A stretch of DNA of 64,000 bases from Hydrolagus colliei (GCA_035084275.1 CM068746.1:41292001-41356000); one strand, 5' to 3'. Positions 1 through 12,569 are shown, counted from the first letter of the stretch. Program-made: numbers and translations. The notes: a model not told the origin generated them from the sequence alone.

Positions 1-289
1 TTGTTTCTTGGGCTTAAGTGATGAGTGTAACAGATAAACAAATCTACCCTGTCCATTGATGTGAACAATGCTGAGGAGAAACAGGAGAGTTTCACACACT
101 ATACTGATCCTAGAGTGCTTCTCAACACCAATAATTGTTGTTTCTTTTTGTTGTTTCTGTTCATACAGAGATATTTTGCCTCGTGGGCAAATTTACATTC
201 TTATACATTTTTCAGGTTAAAAGGTTGATATGGAAAAAAAAATCACCATTTGTATAAAAATTTGTCCAGTTGAACAATGGGATTTTTTT

Positions 290-945
290 TTAGTGATGTG
301 TAATTGGCAGAAAGAAGTGACATTCTTAGCTCCTCTGTGTGAACATGAGCATTCATATCATCCCTATCATCCATTATCCCATCACAGCAATGAGCCGTAC
401 TGTTTTCATTCCATTCACATTCAGAGTCCAGCATCCCAGCCTCACTCACCATTCCTGACTGTCTTCCTAGGAGGGCGAGGCAAGCAGTGTTTCCTTGGAG
501 GTGACTTTTGGTGACATGCTTATCAAGGGAATGTCAAAATTGAGACAACCCTCTGTAGGCATCTCAGTAACTCTGTTAAACCTGCAAGCCAAAACCCAAA
601 TGCCAAGGATAGTATTAGTTGGACAGCTAAAACCAATTAGCTTGCCAACACTCGCCAGACAGTGTTATCAATAGCAAGTTAATTGGTCTTAGCTGGTTAA
701 ACTCCAGCAGTTACTCGAATGCACACTCTGGGGTTCCCCAAGCCTTCTCTCTTGGCAACCTTTGCCTCTTCTTCTCTGGAATTGGGTGAGCAGTATGCTT
801 TCCTTCCAAGGAGAGAGTGCACATTCCATTCCATTGACCATCTCTGGAAATTTCAATGTGTAGCTGGGATGCATGGAATTCTCAGTTTGGATTGGATATT
901 TTCTAACATAGTAATGAGTTTTCGCAAATGTTAGGCACCCTGCTG
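290..945 (-). repeat. Unclassified interspersed repeat, copy 1 (homologous to 3585-3930 and 32968-33470)
   Basis: The reverse complement contains ...ggcttggggaaccccagagtgtgc...taaccagctaagacc...ttgctattgataacactgtctgg...acagagggttgtctcaattttgacattc..., colinear with the other two copies. Confidence 0.75.
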
Positions 946-1797
946 CCCCCCAAAAACTTTCCTCGTAACCGTTCCAGTTGTTAATTCCCCTCTGGGGTAA
1001 AGGTGAAGAATGTTTTGATTCCGCTGATGACTTGAGTGTTTTGGGCGGATACACTCAAGGTGACAGATGACCATGCCCGATACTGGGGAGCTGATGTTTT
1101 CTTTTTCCCGTTTCCAGCTGAGTTGGCTGCATCAAATGCTAATGCAGTCAGGCGACGGCCTGAGTGAGAGTTACTGCATCAGACTGACAATGAGGAACAC
1201 CAATTATTGTCAGGATGTGACATTTCTCGCTTCCGCAGCCTCTGCTTTGTGACTCTCAGAGGCTTCCCCAGGGAAAATATCTGAACTGCTCACAAGAGGG
1301 ACTCTAAACTGAGCCGTTGTGAGAGGCAGGCCACATTGTCTCTTTGCAGACACTGTTGGATGCGAGCTTAAAGATTCTATTGCCTTTGAGGCCCTGCAAG
1401 TGAAAGGTGACACCACTGGTTTAAACATGGCAAAGCATTCTCTTCCTGACTAGCGGTTTAACATTCTTGGGAGGGTTTTGCAAATTAATGACGCTCTGTG
1501 TTCAGGGTTGCTGAACCTCTCAATATTTCCCCCCTTGACGTTCTGTAAACCAATCATGTCCTGTTGTGTGTGTGGGGGAAGGCGGCGTCTACAAGCACTG
1601 AGCTCCCTTTCTCCCCATGTTTATGCATGTCTCACCGAATTCAGGATTTGTTCAGGTGCTGACAAAACATTTGTTTGTCTCTAATTTATTCTTTGTTTGT
1701 TCCAATTTCCCAGAACAAAGCTTTCCGGAGATTAAGTATTTAGCACCACCAATGATGGCGCCGAGGGATGGGAGTGAACAAGAGGAAATGGGTGGAG

Positions 1798-2015
1798 TAA
1801 TAATAATACTTCATGCATTTGATATAACACTTTACAACATCGTTGAAACTTCTCAAAGTCCTTCACAGAGCACACTGTAAAGTGGATTGACTGACTGCAC
1901 ATTTTGTGGGCACATCATGGCAGCCAATTATGCACAGCAGTGTCTCACAAACAGTCATGCAATGAGTGACCACATTTATTTTGGATGGTTTATTACCCCT
2001 GGAAGGGTCTGCCAA
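1798..2015 (-). mobile_element. tRNA/CORE-like SINE, 3' half
   Basis: taataatac..tgcatttgat tail, ggcagccaattatgcacagcagtgtctcacaaacag; matches the intact copy at 54351-54690. Confidence 0.85.
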
Positions 2016-2024
2016 TTAATTTAC

Positions 2025-2410
2025 AACCATATTAGGCTCGACTATGCCAACCCCCGGCTTGTTGGTCTTCCTAACTCTTCCCTCCACAAGATGCAGATCA
2101 TCCAGAACTCAGCAACTCCTGTCCTCTCCCACACCAGAACTCATCACACGTGGCCATGCCCCCTCCTACCCCTCCGACCTTAGAACCCCTTATCAACCTG
2201 TCCACTCTCTCCATTCAGCAAGCTCCAGCCTGCTCCATATCCCATGCCCGGTCTGCGCCACCATTGGCAATCGGGCCTTCACCCTCTCTGCCCCCACCGT
2301 ATAGAACTCCATCCCACATTCCCTTCACCTCTCTCCCTTCACCTCTCTCCCTTCACCTCCCTCCCTCCCACCCTCCCTCCCTTGCCTCCTTCAAGGCACA
2401 CCTCAAGATC
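2025..2410 (+). mobile_element. L2 LINE 3' fragment (end of ORF2)
   Basis: Translates to RLDYAN..LVGLPNSSLHKMQIIQNSA, typical of the L2 ORF2 C-terminus, then SLASFKAHLK. Confidence 0.85.
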
Positions 2411-3057
2411 ACAAACAGAAAGATTCTTCAAATGAAACCATTGTTTTAGCTCAATTTTGCTGCAACACAACAGCGTGTCCAAATTAGGAAATTAGTTAAT
2501 ACATCACAATTTACCAACAATTTTACAATACAGTATTCATATTTTTATCATTCACACAGACAATTATAACAATAATAATATTGGTTGGATTTGATACAAT
2601 ATCAATACTGTTGAGCTGTTTCAAAGTGCTTCATAGAATATACAGTACAGTACTGTAAAGTGGATTGACTGTGCATTTTGTGGGTGAAACACGCCAAATT
2701 GCAACTCACAAATTATCTATTGTAGTTACAATATTGTGTGTGCAGAATTACTGGAGAAGACAAGACAGACTCAAACTGTGAAGGTCACCCCATAAATATC
2801 CAGCACCAAGCTTTCCAAAACATTTTAGCTATGATAAAATTAGCTGCCAAACTACATTTGCGTTTGCTAAATTATAGCAAAAAATGAAAAGTATTTAAAT
2901 AATCTGCAGATTTATGACAAATTGATATAAAAAAAACCTATAATAAAATCACATTGCTGTAAACAACAACAGGTTACCTTATCCTTATCTCAAGCATCAT
3001 CAATCATTCTGCACAAGACTGGAATTGCTTGATTTTGCCCCATACAGAACTTATAGT

Positions 3058-3160
3058 CCTTCGGATGACACATTAAATCAAGGTCCCAGCTGCCTGTTCG
3101 GGTAGATGTCAAGGATTCCACGGCACTATTTGAAAAGAGAAGTGGATTTCTCCCGGTGTA
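3058..3160 (+). mobile_element. Deu-domain SINE fragment (SacSINE1/AmnSINE1-like)
   Basis: cggatgacacattaaatcaaggtccc..gtagatgtcaaggattccacggcactatttgaaaagagaag..tctcccggtgt resembles the Deu-domain consensus. Confidence 0.75.
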
Positions 3161-3261
3161 TTCGTAGATTTATACAGCCCATTCAGCCCATCGTGTCTGT
3201 GCAGGCTCTTTGAAAAGAGATTGTGAAAAATGCTACATCAAATGCAAGGATTACTATATTA

Positions 3262-3590
3262 TATAGTATCCCATATGCTTTTTTAAAATACATTATCTAC
3301 CTGTCCTGCCACCTTCGAACGTTTACTTACATGAACCTCCAGGTCTCTCTGTCGCTTCACCCACTTTAGGATTGTAGCATCTAGCTTACATCGCCTCTCC
3401 TCATGCCTCTTTTCAAAGTGCATCACTTTGCATTGATCCACATTAAACTTCATCTGCCACGTGTCTGCCCATTTTACCAGTCTGTCTACATACTCTTGCT
3501 GTCTGCTACTTATCCTTCTCACTATTTAATACTTTTCCTAGCTTAGCATCATCTGCAAACTTGGAAATTGTACTCCAATAACCAAGTCTT
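3262..3590 (-). mobile_element. CR1 LINE internal fragment (RT domain)
   Basis: Encodes SKFADDAKL and DRLVKWADTWQMKFNVDQCKVMHF..QRDLEVHV..KVAGQVD; same family as 57407-58890. Confidence 0.9.
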
Positions 3591-3930
3591 GGGGGCTCCA
3601 GAGTGTGCGTGGGGGGAAAACGCTCCAGTCTAACCAGCTAAAATCATATTTCTTGCCATTGACATCACTCTCTGGAAAGCCTTCCAAGTCCTGCAGACGA
3701 GCCAGGCTGGCTATGCTGTCATCAGCAGAGCCCTGGAACACTGCAGACTCTCATGGCTCACCATCGCACTACCGAGACCGTCACAGATGGCTGTCTCGAT
3801 GCTGACATTCTGTTGCCAGCATGTCCACTAGGATCCCCGCTTAGCTCCCACCGCCTCCGGCAGGAGGACAGTGTACAGCGGCGACGAGATTTCTCTCACT
3901 TCCATACATGCCAATTTTTCTTCTTTGCTT
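3585..3930 (+). repeat. Unclassified interspersed repeat, copy 2
   Basis: ttgggggctccagagtgtgc..taaccagctaaaa..cttgccattgacatcactctctgg..gagccaggctggctatgctgtcatcagcag..acagatggctgtctcgatgctgacattc. Confidence 0.75.
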
Positions 3931-4248
3931 CCCTACAAGAACAGCTCAAGGCTTGGGGCAGACATGCCCCACAGTGAGCTTAACGCTTCAGCTCACATTT
4001 AGAAGGAGAATGTCTGAAATTACTCAATCCTCTGTAACGTGCGTTCCTCCGCAGCCCTGTATTGGACGTCAAACAAACTCTCTGGCTTTGACATCAAATT
4101 GTTGATGATTATGTTGTGCTGACAGTTTTTGACAAGCCGCTCTAAGCTGTCTGGCACTTCTGTGCAATGGATGCTGTTGGAAAGGTACTTCTTTCTCAGT
4201 AATCATGCAGCTTTTATAACCTCACCACTGCACACTACTCTTAGCTTT

Positions 4249-4610
4249 AATAATAATAAGCCTTGCATTTGATATAGTGTGCTATTCACGTTGTTGAGAT
4301 GTCTCAAAGCACTTCACAGAAGGAATTTAATGTAGGAAAGTGTAAAGGAATTGATGGACCATTTTGTTGGGAGAAATGCAGCAGCCAGTTGCGCACACTA
4401 GTGTCTGACAAACAGCCGTGGATTGAGTGACCACATTTATTTTGAGGGATTATTTGAATTTAAATCAAAGCGATCTGCCAATCGACTACCAATCGAGTTC
4501 CTACTTGCAGAGTAGGTGTGTGGAGTGTGGAGCGGAAACCTGCCTGAGGTTTCAAAGCTGCGTCCACTTGTTTACAAGGCGAGAGCACTAATCACTTCTC
4601 TACGGAATGC
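4249..4610 (-). mobile_element. tRNA/CORE-like SINE, near full length, diverged (long form)
   Basis: (ATT)n tail, body, CORE-like block and tRNA-like head are all present. Confidence 0.85.
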
Positions 4611-4794
4611 CATCCTAAGTGGAGTCTTTGGGTTAGGTGTCAAGTACAAACAGCCCATTGAGAAATGGCGCAGTATAACGGGTGACATACTCAAGTGGTT
4701 GCCAATGATTCATGTTGACCTGCATTAACAATGTCTTTGTGAATGAAAGAATTCACGACTGCTATCTACAGTTTCATTTTTATCATACAGTATA

Positions 4795-5180
4795 ATACAA
4801 CTTCCATCTATGCAGAGCTTTCTACTTTGGTTGGATGTCTCGCTGTGCTTCAGACTGCTGGATGACTAGCAGAGGAGGAGGTGGGTGCTGGGGATCAGGG
4901 GAAACAGATGATCGAAAGCTATTTAAAGAGGTAGGTTTTGAGACGTGGCTTGAAAGAGGGGAGGGAGGGAGTCAGAGGGGCTTCAGAGAGTAAAAAAAAA
5001 CTGAAAGCCCACGCACCGTTAGTGGGGCAGACAGCGGGTGGAACATGAAGCAGACCAATGCTTGTTGAGCAAAGAGAGGGGCCGAGTTGGGTAAACTGGG
5101 GTGAGACAATGGAGGGATTTGATGGTTTGGAGCGACTGTGAGGACAAGCTATGGTTCCTCACAAGACAATGAGGGAGATC
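4795..5180 (-). mobile_element. L2 LINE 3' end
   Basis: Degenerate L2 tail plus aggtaggttttgagacgtggcttgaaagaggggagg (reverse of SLSSFKPRLKTYL). Confidence 0.7.
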
Positions 5181-6487
5181 TCAATAAGGTTTGAAAAAGT
5201 AAACCCAGACGGTAAAACAGGACGACACAGGCTTAGGATAAAGAGGAATTTCAGGATGGATACCAAGACGGGTTTCCTTTACTCGACAACTGGAACAGGC
5301 GCCAAAGAGCACAAAGTTCAGTGACAGAAAGGAGAGGGCACAAAACAACATGGCAAATGGGTAGACCAGAGAGAGAGAGAGAGGAACAGGCTGGGATAGA
5401 AAGAACAGAGTTTCAAACAATCTTTGAGCAAAAATTCCAATCTGATTTGAACTCAGACTGTTGTAGACGCCGAGTAGTGTTAAGGTTGAGGTTGTTGTCT
5501 GAATGAGAGTATAGCATCTCCATCAGCTCCAAAGCATGTAAAAGGCGACAGAATCAATTCAAAGCAGCGGCTTTAATGAGCTCTGGATAGCAAACCAAGG
5601 CTACTTAGCGCTGGACATTCACGGATCACATGGAACCTACAGGTTTTAAGTTCAATCAGCGGAGATCAGAAGTGATAAAGTTAAAGTGCTGATTGGGATC
5701 TGATAGTCGGGCTTTCCGAACATGTAGAAAGCAAATTTGTCAATAAAAATCAATGTGTTTTTACTGATCACCACAGTACATTCACCACACACACACGCGC
5801 GCACACACGCGCACACACTCTCTCTCGTCCGCAACACACAAGGCAATTTTCTTGTCACTTTCCAACCACAATGTCTGATTTCATAGCTGACAGCTATGCT
5901 AAATGGCTGCAGCACTTAGAAATCCAGGGATTTTTTTGTTGCCTGCGTAATACACAGAGTGCAAATGAGAACAGAAGAGGAATAAAGATAAATCTGCCAC
6001 TTTGTTTAAAAACTCAGGCCTGTGGAGTAAGGAAACTTGCCCAAGGTTTCACTGACTCAGTCTAGAATCGAACCCAGGTCTCTCACTTGGAAGGTGACTC
6101 CACACAACCATCGATACAATCATTACGACAAATGAGCAACAGACAGCATTGAAACATATCAGAAAGAACGTTTTCTAACCGTTGATCCTCAATGGATGTT
6201 GTCATGGAAATGCAGCCTGGTGATCCAGAATTGCACAGACAAAGTTATGAAGTTGTCTCCCTCATTCACGCTGACTAAAGGAGAATTCGGCCGTTTGTAT
6301 TTCCCTGGTTAAAAATGCCTGGCCAAAAGTCTTCATGACTGAATTTTAAAGGAAATCAGATGTCCCCAAAACTCACCAGACTTCACTGCTCTTTACAAGA
6401 TAATCCTGTGAACTGCTCTCAGATTTTAAAAGATATGATGAGGACTATGTCAAATTCAAAGATTATTTATTATGATTTATTATTATT

Positions 6488-6598
6488 TTGCCTAAAAATA
6501 TACAGTCAATTCACTTTACAGTATATTCTGTGAAACGCTTTGAGACGTTGATAAGATGTGAAACGCACTATATCAAACACAAGGATTATTATTATTAT
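6488..6598 (+). mobile_element. SINE 3' tail fragment
   Basis: atacagtcaattcactttacagtatattctgtgaaacgctttgagacgttgataagatgtgaaacgcactatatcaaacacaaggattattattatt. Confidence 0.9.
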
Positions 6599-6780
6599 TC
6601 CAATAATCCTTACATCCAAATTGAACCAAGGTCTCTCGCATATAAGGCGAGTGCTCTACTCATCCTCATTATACAGTAATTAAAACTACATGAACATAAA
6701 ATAGGACCGTGTTAAGATTTTACAATGTAGTCAATATTATAAGTGATGTTAGCTTTAATGTTTAACTCGCTGTTTAAACA

Positions 6781-7200
6781 CAATAACAATCCTTGCATTT
6801 GATGTGGCGCCTCATCACATTGGAGGGACGCAGCTCAAAGGGCTTCACAGGAATTTACTGTGAAGTATAGTGGCTGTATATTTCAGAGGGGACAGTGGCA
6901 GCCAAATCGTGCACAGGAACACGCCACAAACAGGGTATGGAATGAGTGAACAATTGTAAATGGTTGTTGGATTGTTGGCCAGGACACTGGGGTAGAGGAA
7001 CTGCCTTCTCTTTTCAAACAAGCGCCATGGCATCTTTGACAACTAGCAGAATAGGAGAACGATGGTACCTCTGACACTGTAGCGGGACACCCAGTAACAC
7101 TGCATTGGGGTGTGACACTCCATTGGACAATGTGATTCCGAGTCCCAAAGTTGGGCTGGAACCCAAAACCTTCTGACTCAGAGGCAAGAGGACTCCCAGT
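6781..7200 (-). mobile_element. Deu-domain SINE (SacSINE1-like), near full length
   Basis: tRNA-like head (reverse complement cctctgagtcagaaggttttgggttccagccc), Deu block (ttggccaggacactgggg..ctcttttcaaacaagcgccatggcatcttt) and the shared 3' tail. Confidence 0.8.
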
Positions 7201-7500
7201 TGTGATGAGACATTTGTTTAGCTACTCCCACCGTTCAATTACAGATATAACTACTGTATAACCTAAATTCTATACGGCTTTCTCTCATTTTACAGAACAA
7301 TTGGGCAATCGATACACCAATTTTTTTTTTCAGCCATTCTACCAGGAATTCACCATCACCACACAGTCTCTATAATAATAATACGGTAATATGATGGTGT
7401 CCTGTAGCAAATATATATTCAATTCACTTTACAGTATATTCTGTGAAGCACCTTGAGGTATCTGGAAAATGTGAAAAGCACAATACCCCAACGTAAGGAT

Positions 7501-7850
7501 TAGAACATAAGAACATAAGAATTAGGAGCAGGAGTAGGCCATTCAGCCCCTCGAGCCTGCTCCGCCATTCAATAAGATCATGGTTGATCTTCTCACCTAA
7601 CTCTAATTACCTGCCCTATCCCCATATCCCCTAATCCCTCTATTTTTCAAAAATCTATCAGTCTCAGCCTTGAAAATGTTCAAGGACTGAGCATCTACAG
7701 CCTTCTGGGGTAGTGAATTCCATAAATTCACTACCCTCTGAGTGAAGAAATGTTTCCTCAACTCTGTTCTAAAAGGCTGACCCTTAATTTTAAGACTATG
7801 ACACCTGGTTATAGATTCTCCTACCAGGGGAAACAGTCCCTCAGTGTCTA
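7501..7850 (-). mobile_element. CR1 LINE 3' end
   Basis: agaacataagaacataagaa octamer tail, ggagcaggagtaggccattcagcccctcgagcctgctccgccattc 3'UTR, and the end of ORF2. Confidence 0.9.
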
Positions 7851-9084
7851 CTTTATTATTATTATTATTCCTATTCCTCGGTTGGGCAAAACTTGAGGCG
7901 AGCTTCCTTACTCCAACCGCTTCTGTTTACTCAGCAGCAAATCAGAACCTGGTTATTCGTCAATTGATGAATTGTTTTCCAAAGGTAATATTTCCCCCAA
8001 GAAACAGACAAAACTAATTACACTTTGATTTGTAAGTTGGTTAACCAGGACAACGGGAGAGAGAAACTACACTCTCGTTTCAAATAGTGCCACGAGATCG
8101 TCAACGTTCCCCCTGAACAGTGATGTCAACAGGATACATGTGAACCAGTATTAAAAAGTATGTTTTAAAAAAGTATTAAAAAAAAGTATTTTAATGTAAG
8201 AAACATGACCCTATGCCTATATTTGTTGCTCTGTTCTGCACAGGCAGTAAACAACATCAAAGAGGAGGAAGGAGAAGCAGTGATGTGTATATGTTACTGA
8301 ACTGGATGTTAATGCAGATAAATATAAGATTGCACACAGTTAAACAAGACCCACAAATCGTGTGGATGCAACTGAAGTGATCGGTAAAACAAGGGTGTGT
8401 TTGGCGGAAAATGAAAGCTCAATATAAAGAGTTGGGTTTCTACCTGTCCAGCAACCACCTGTTCAGCAAGCAAATGGTTCGTGTCCGAGCTATAATTTCG
8501 CATCTCACTGTGTGGTATATAAGTAACTAATCAACCTCGTTTGCAACACTTTCTGTCTTTATTGTCAAACAAATGGAAAAGTGAAATATCGGAGGCAAAA
8601 AAAACCCATTGCAAGCGTGTCGCCCTCACCTCCACGTTTCCCTTTCTGATCGACATATTATAAGTGCTCCCAGCAAGTTAATGGCAATAACCTAGCCTGG
8701 CGCGCCTGCCATTGGCAGTCAGTACAACACACAAGTTTATTAAACTGCTGAATGCAGCCCTTCTAAGCAAATGCATAAAATCATCACGGATGGTTGATAA
8801 TGGGATGGCTTTCCTCCTTTCGCCGACTTCATTTCACAGAAACAAGTTATTTTGCCAGAAGCTACAGTGATGATTTACTCCCAAAATGTAACGAAATACT
8901 ACAGCATTAGGCTAAAAAAAAAGATTCCCTGACAATTTATTTTCATTTTTCGCTGTCTCTACTCGAAGCAGTGAGAATACCATCAAGGTTTGCAAAATTG
9001 AAAAAGTACAAATGTAGCCATTAGGCAGTGATAAATTTGTACGAACGCCAACTGAAGGACGAGACCAGACTGTACGTTTGCAAA

Positions 9085-9480
9085 GGTCCCTCAGGGGAGA
9101 GGGTGGGGTGAGACTGTGGAAAGATTTAAAGGTGAGGAGGAGGAGCTTGAACTCGATCCATTCGGGAGACGGGTAGGTAGTGGAGCTGGGCGAGGATGGG
9201 GGGGTGGGGGTGGGAGAGGTGATAGAGCCTGGCATGGGAAAAGTCACGTTCGGAAGAGTTCTACATGATCTGCAGCTTGCGATTGAAAGATTTGGGAAGT
9301 CCAGTGAGCAGAGTGTTGGCATAGTCAAGCTTGGACGTGATGAAAACAAGGCTGAAGGTCCCTCGGGACCCGAAGGGAGAGGTGATGGTGGAGGCGGACG
9401 ACGACACACAGGTAGGGAAAGCTGTGCGGGCAGGACATGGATGTGAAGTTTAAAGGTTAGTTAGGAGTCAAACAAGAAAA
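9085..9480 (-). mobile_element. L2 LINE fragment
   Basis: Translates to SRPSLTMPTL.. and IEFKLLLLTFKSFHSLTP, the L2 ORF2 C-terminus. Confidence 0.85.
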
Positions 9481-10172
9481 CAAATTCCTCACTAGCTCCG
9501 CGAGATCCATCTGGCCCTTGACCCATTTCCACACCAAGTACCCGTGGCTCCATTGCCCGTGTCCCTGCAGCCCTCTCCCCAGACAGCCTGTGATCAAAAT
9601 GATCCTAGCCCCTCAATCTCTACCAGAGTTTGTGACCCCACTTCCTGTTCTGCCCAATCTGTGCCCTATTCCCCACCCATGGGCCAGGCTATCAAAATAT
9701 GAGGCTGAGTGTCAACCGTCTGGATCCCAGCGTCCGTCCTATCATCAGTGCCTTGCAATTCTGGACTCCACTTTTCCATTTCCATTTCAATTTCCTATTA
9801 AATTACGTGCAAATCCAACATCCTTCCTTCAGCGGCCAAAAAGATGAGATCACCCTGGTTTGGACTTATCGACAAGCAAAGCCCCATTTCACCCAATCCT
9901 TTTATAATGTTAACCACTGTGATGTTGATGACAAAGAACTTTGTTAACACAAGAGGAAAAAGACAGTGAGTTGTGATGCTGGGAGCACAGCTTTCAAAAT
10001 CAACCTGATCACTAACCCGTTTTCATCAACCTGATTCCTTCAGTAATTGCCCTCACCCCCACCCAGTCACACACAACCAGCGACCGGATAAGATAAAGCT
10101 ATTATTCAGCCTTGTGACAAAATGAATCACAGAGCATTACAGTATTTTAAACGGGATTGAAAAATTAATCCC

Positions 10173-10545
10173 AGCCCACAAATATACAGTCAATTCACAT
10201 TACTGTATATTCTGTGAAGCGCTTTAAGACATTGATAAGATGTGAAAAGCGGTATATCAAACACAAGGATTACTATTATTATAATACTTTAATATAATAA
10301 TCATCTTTGTAATTGATATAGGGCCTTCTCAAATTGTTGAATGAATGGCCTTTCTTTTTAGGGATTATTATCCCAGGAAAGCAATTCACCAACAAACAGG
10401 AAGCAGGTTCCTATAATTGACTGATAGGTAAACAGAGGCGCGTGGAGTGAGGAAACTTCCCTACATTTTGCCACACCCAGGATTTGAACCTAAGTTTTCT
10501 CACTTACAAGGCGAGAGGGCTGACCACTACTCTATGGGATTCCAA
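10173..10545. mobile_element. Tail-to-tail SINE pair: 10173-10285 (+, tail) and 10293-10545 (-, internally deleted)
   Basis: Both match SINE consensus segments; the minus copy has the CORE-like block and the tRNA head. Confidence 0.8.
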
Positions 10546-10549
10546 GGTG

Positions 10550-10730
10550 CAAAAAAGAATAGGAGGACATCGGTTTTGATCTGTAAAGGGCAGTTTCAGG
10601 ACAGATAGCAGGAAGTTTTTCTTTAACCAGTGGATAATTAACTACTAGAACAGGCAACCAGAAAATGAGGGTGATGCCAAGGGCATTATTTCATCAGCAA
10701 AATAAGATCAATTTCTTCGAGGAATATTTG
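10550..10730 (+). mobile_element. Old CR1 fragment
   Basis: aggaggacatcggttt..gtaaagggcagtttcaggacagatagcaggaagtttttctttaaccagtggataatt..(RGH..K..FRTD.RKFFF.Q). Confidence 0.7.
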
Positions 10731-11460
10731 AGCACAGTTAACACACTCCCCTGTGCCAAGCGCTCAACAGGGGAAATAAAAGAGATTAAAAAAAAGGAAG
10801 GTTTACAAAGCTTGTGGGGGAGAAGGGAGAGGGTGACCACTGTGTTAAATTAAGGGCAATTTAAAGAAATAGAATCAGTTTTATTCATGAGAGAATGGAA
10901 AGGGGATTAAGAGCAGATGTTAAGCACAATGGCAAATTGAGTGTTGAAAGCCATATGATATGGCCTGTGGAGACTTTCCAAATCAGAGACTATAACAAAC
11001 CACAGTACTGTCACTGATACCACGACTAAGTCTTGCCTCCTCCACATGAACTTCCCTGGTGATCTCTGTGACACAGACAGGTCTGCCATTGTTATTTTAA
11101 AACCTAAGATGACAATCTGTCTTCTCTACTAATAAAGACAAAATGTCTGTCTGCCAACAGCGCAATAATCGATTGACGTAGAGACGTGAACTGTGCCTCA
11201 TTGGAAAGGTCATACGAGCGGGGTGTCAGGGGAATTTTTTTGGGGGAAATCTCCTTTCGTCGATGAGCTATATTGAAAGAAATGCCTTAATTAAGCCCCT
11301 AAAAGTAAGCTGGGGTAGGTGGCTTCAGGCTTGTTAACTCTGCGTCTCAAGCAGTTAACAAGATCTGCAATCTGCTTCAATAGTTCTCCAGCTTAAATAG
11401 GTCAACACCATCTGTCTAAAGAACATTAACTGCACCTGTGAGTTACAGCAGGCTACAGCT

Positions 11461-11620
11461 CACACAAACACACACACACAGATACATGCCCACACACATG
11501 CACTGCCACACACACACACAAACACTCAAACACACGCACGCATGGACACACCCACCCACACATGCAAACGCACAGATCTACACGCACACAACCCTCGCAC
11601 ATCCACGCATACACAAACAA
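11461..11620. repeat. Degenerate (CA)-rich low-complexity tract
   Basis: Visible CACA/CACG repeats. Confidence 0.85.
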
Positions 11621-12569
11621 TGTGCCTGTAAAGAAGGAGTCAGATTGACAATGAACATTTCCCCAAATATTAAGTCCCAGATCTCAGCTGGGGGTGCCTG
11701 GGGAGAGGCTGAGATACGAGGCCAGTGTGAGAATTGCCACGGAAAGTAGGAAAAATTGATGCCAGAGCTGGCTCAATCTACTCCCAACACTTCCCTTCTC
11801 CTGCCACTGATTTTCCAGTTTGAAGCTTTGCCTGATGCGGAGTATGCCAGTTGGCATTGCGCGAAGCTCACCCACAACACAGCAGAGTAGAACAAAGTAA
11901 TGGGTGTTTAGAAAATCCTGTTACCCTCTCTGTGCCCCCACCTCCCTGTTTTTCTTTTTACAACGTCCACGTTGCTTGTCCAGCTAGACCTACTGTATCC
12001 GTAAAGGTTCTGGCTTTTGCAAGGTTGTTAAGAGGAGCTGAGTAACGGCACAATAAACAACTCCCCACCCACTTCTCTCTTTCGCTCCGATATCTGATGA
12101 ACCACCAAAAGGTACAACATTGCTCCTCATCAGAACCATCAACGTAACAGTCACACCAGGGAGAGTGTTTCTGGGTCATCAGCCACACCAATTTCTGCGT
12201 TCAGGTTCCTGGAGGTGGTGTCGGGAAGAGAGTTAGAACATCACAGCAATCATCAACTCGCCACACAAAACCAGGGCGGGCTCTCGGGGAAACCTCAGGT
12301 TGTGTGAAGCCGAACGACGTTCGGAATAAAAAAAGAACAATAAAAAAAAATAGCAGCTGTCAACCAATGCATCCAGCCTTGGGAGACACTTCTCACTGTT
12401 CAGAGCTGTCCGTGAGCAACAAAAAAAGGCCATTCAAGCTGTGGAATGCAGATAAATCGCTTTTTTTTAATATCAGAATCGATTGTTGTCTTTTCCATTA
12501 TTAATTCCCTCCTTACCCCCCACCCCCACTGCAGTTCAAGTATTCTTTGTGCATTTTAACTCTCTGCTT

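Noticed and set aside
645-667. miR-200a/miR-141 gene on the minus strand
   Set aside because: Only nt 1-13 match, and the match spans the hairpin apex rather than forming a 3p arm.
3695-3735. Retroviral RNase H motif (QAGYAVIS)
   Set aside because: There is no upstream DGS and no downstream SAQ.AEL; the segment belongs to the unclassified repeat.
12093-12134. Hammerhead-like CTGATGA
   Set aside because: There is no GAAA after the putative stem II; only an 8-bp inverted repeat is present.
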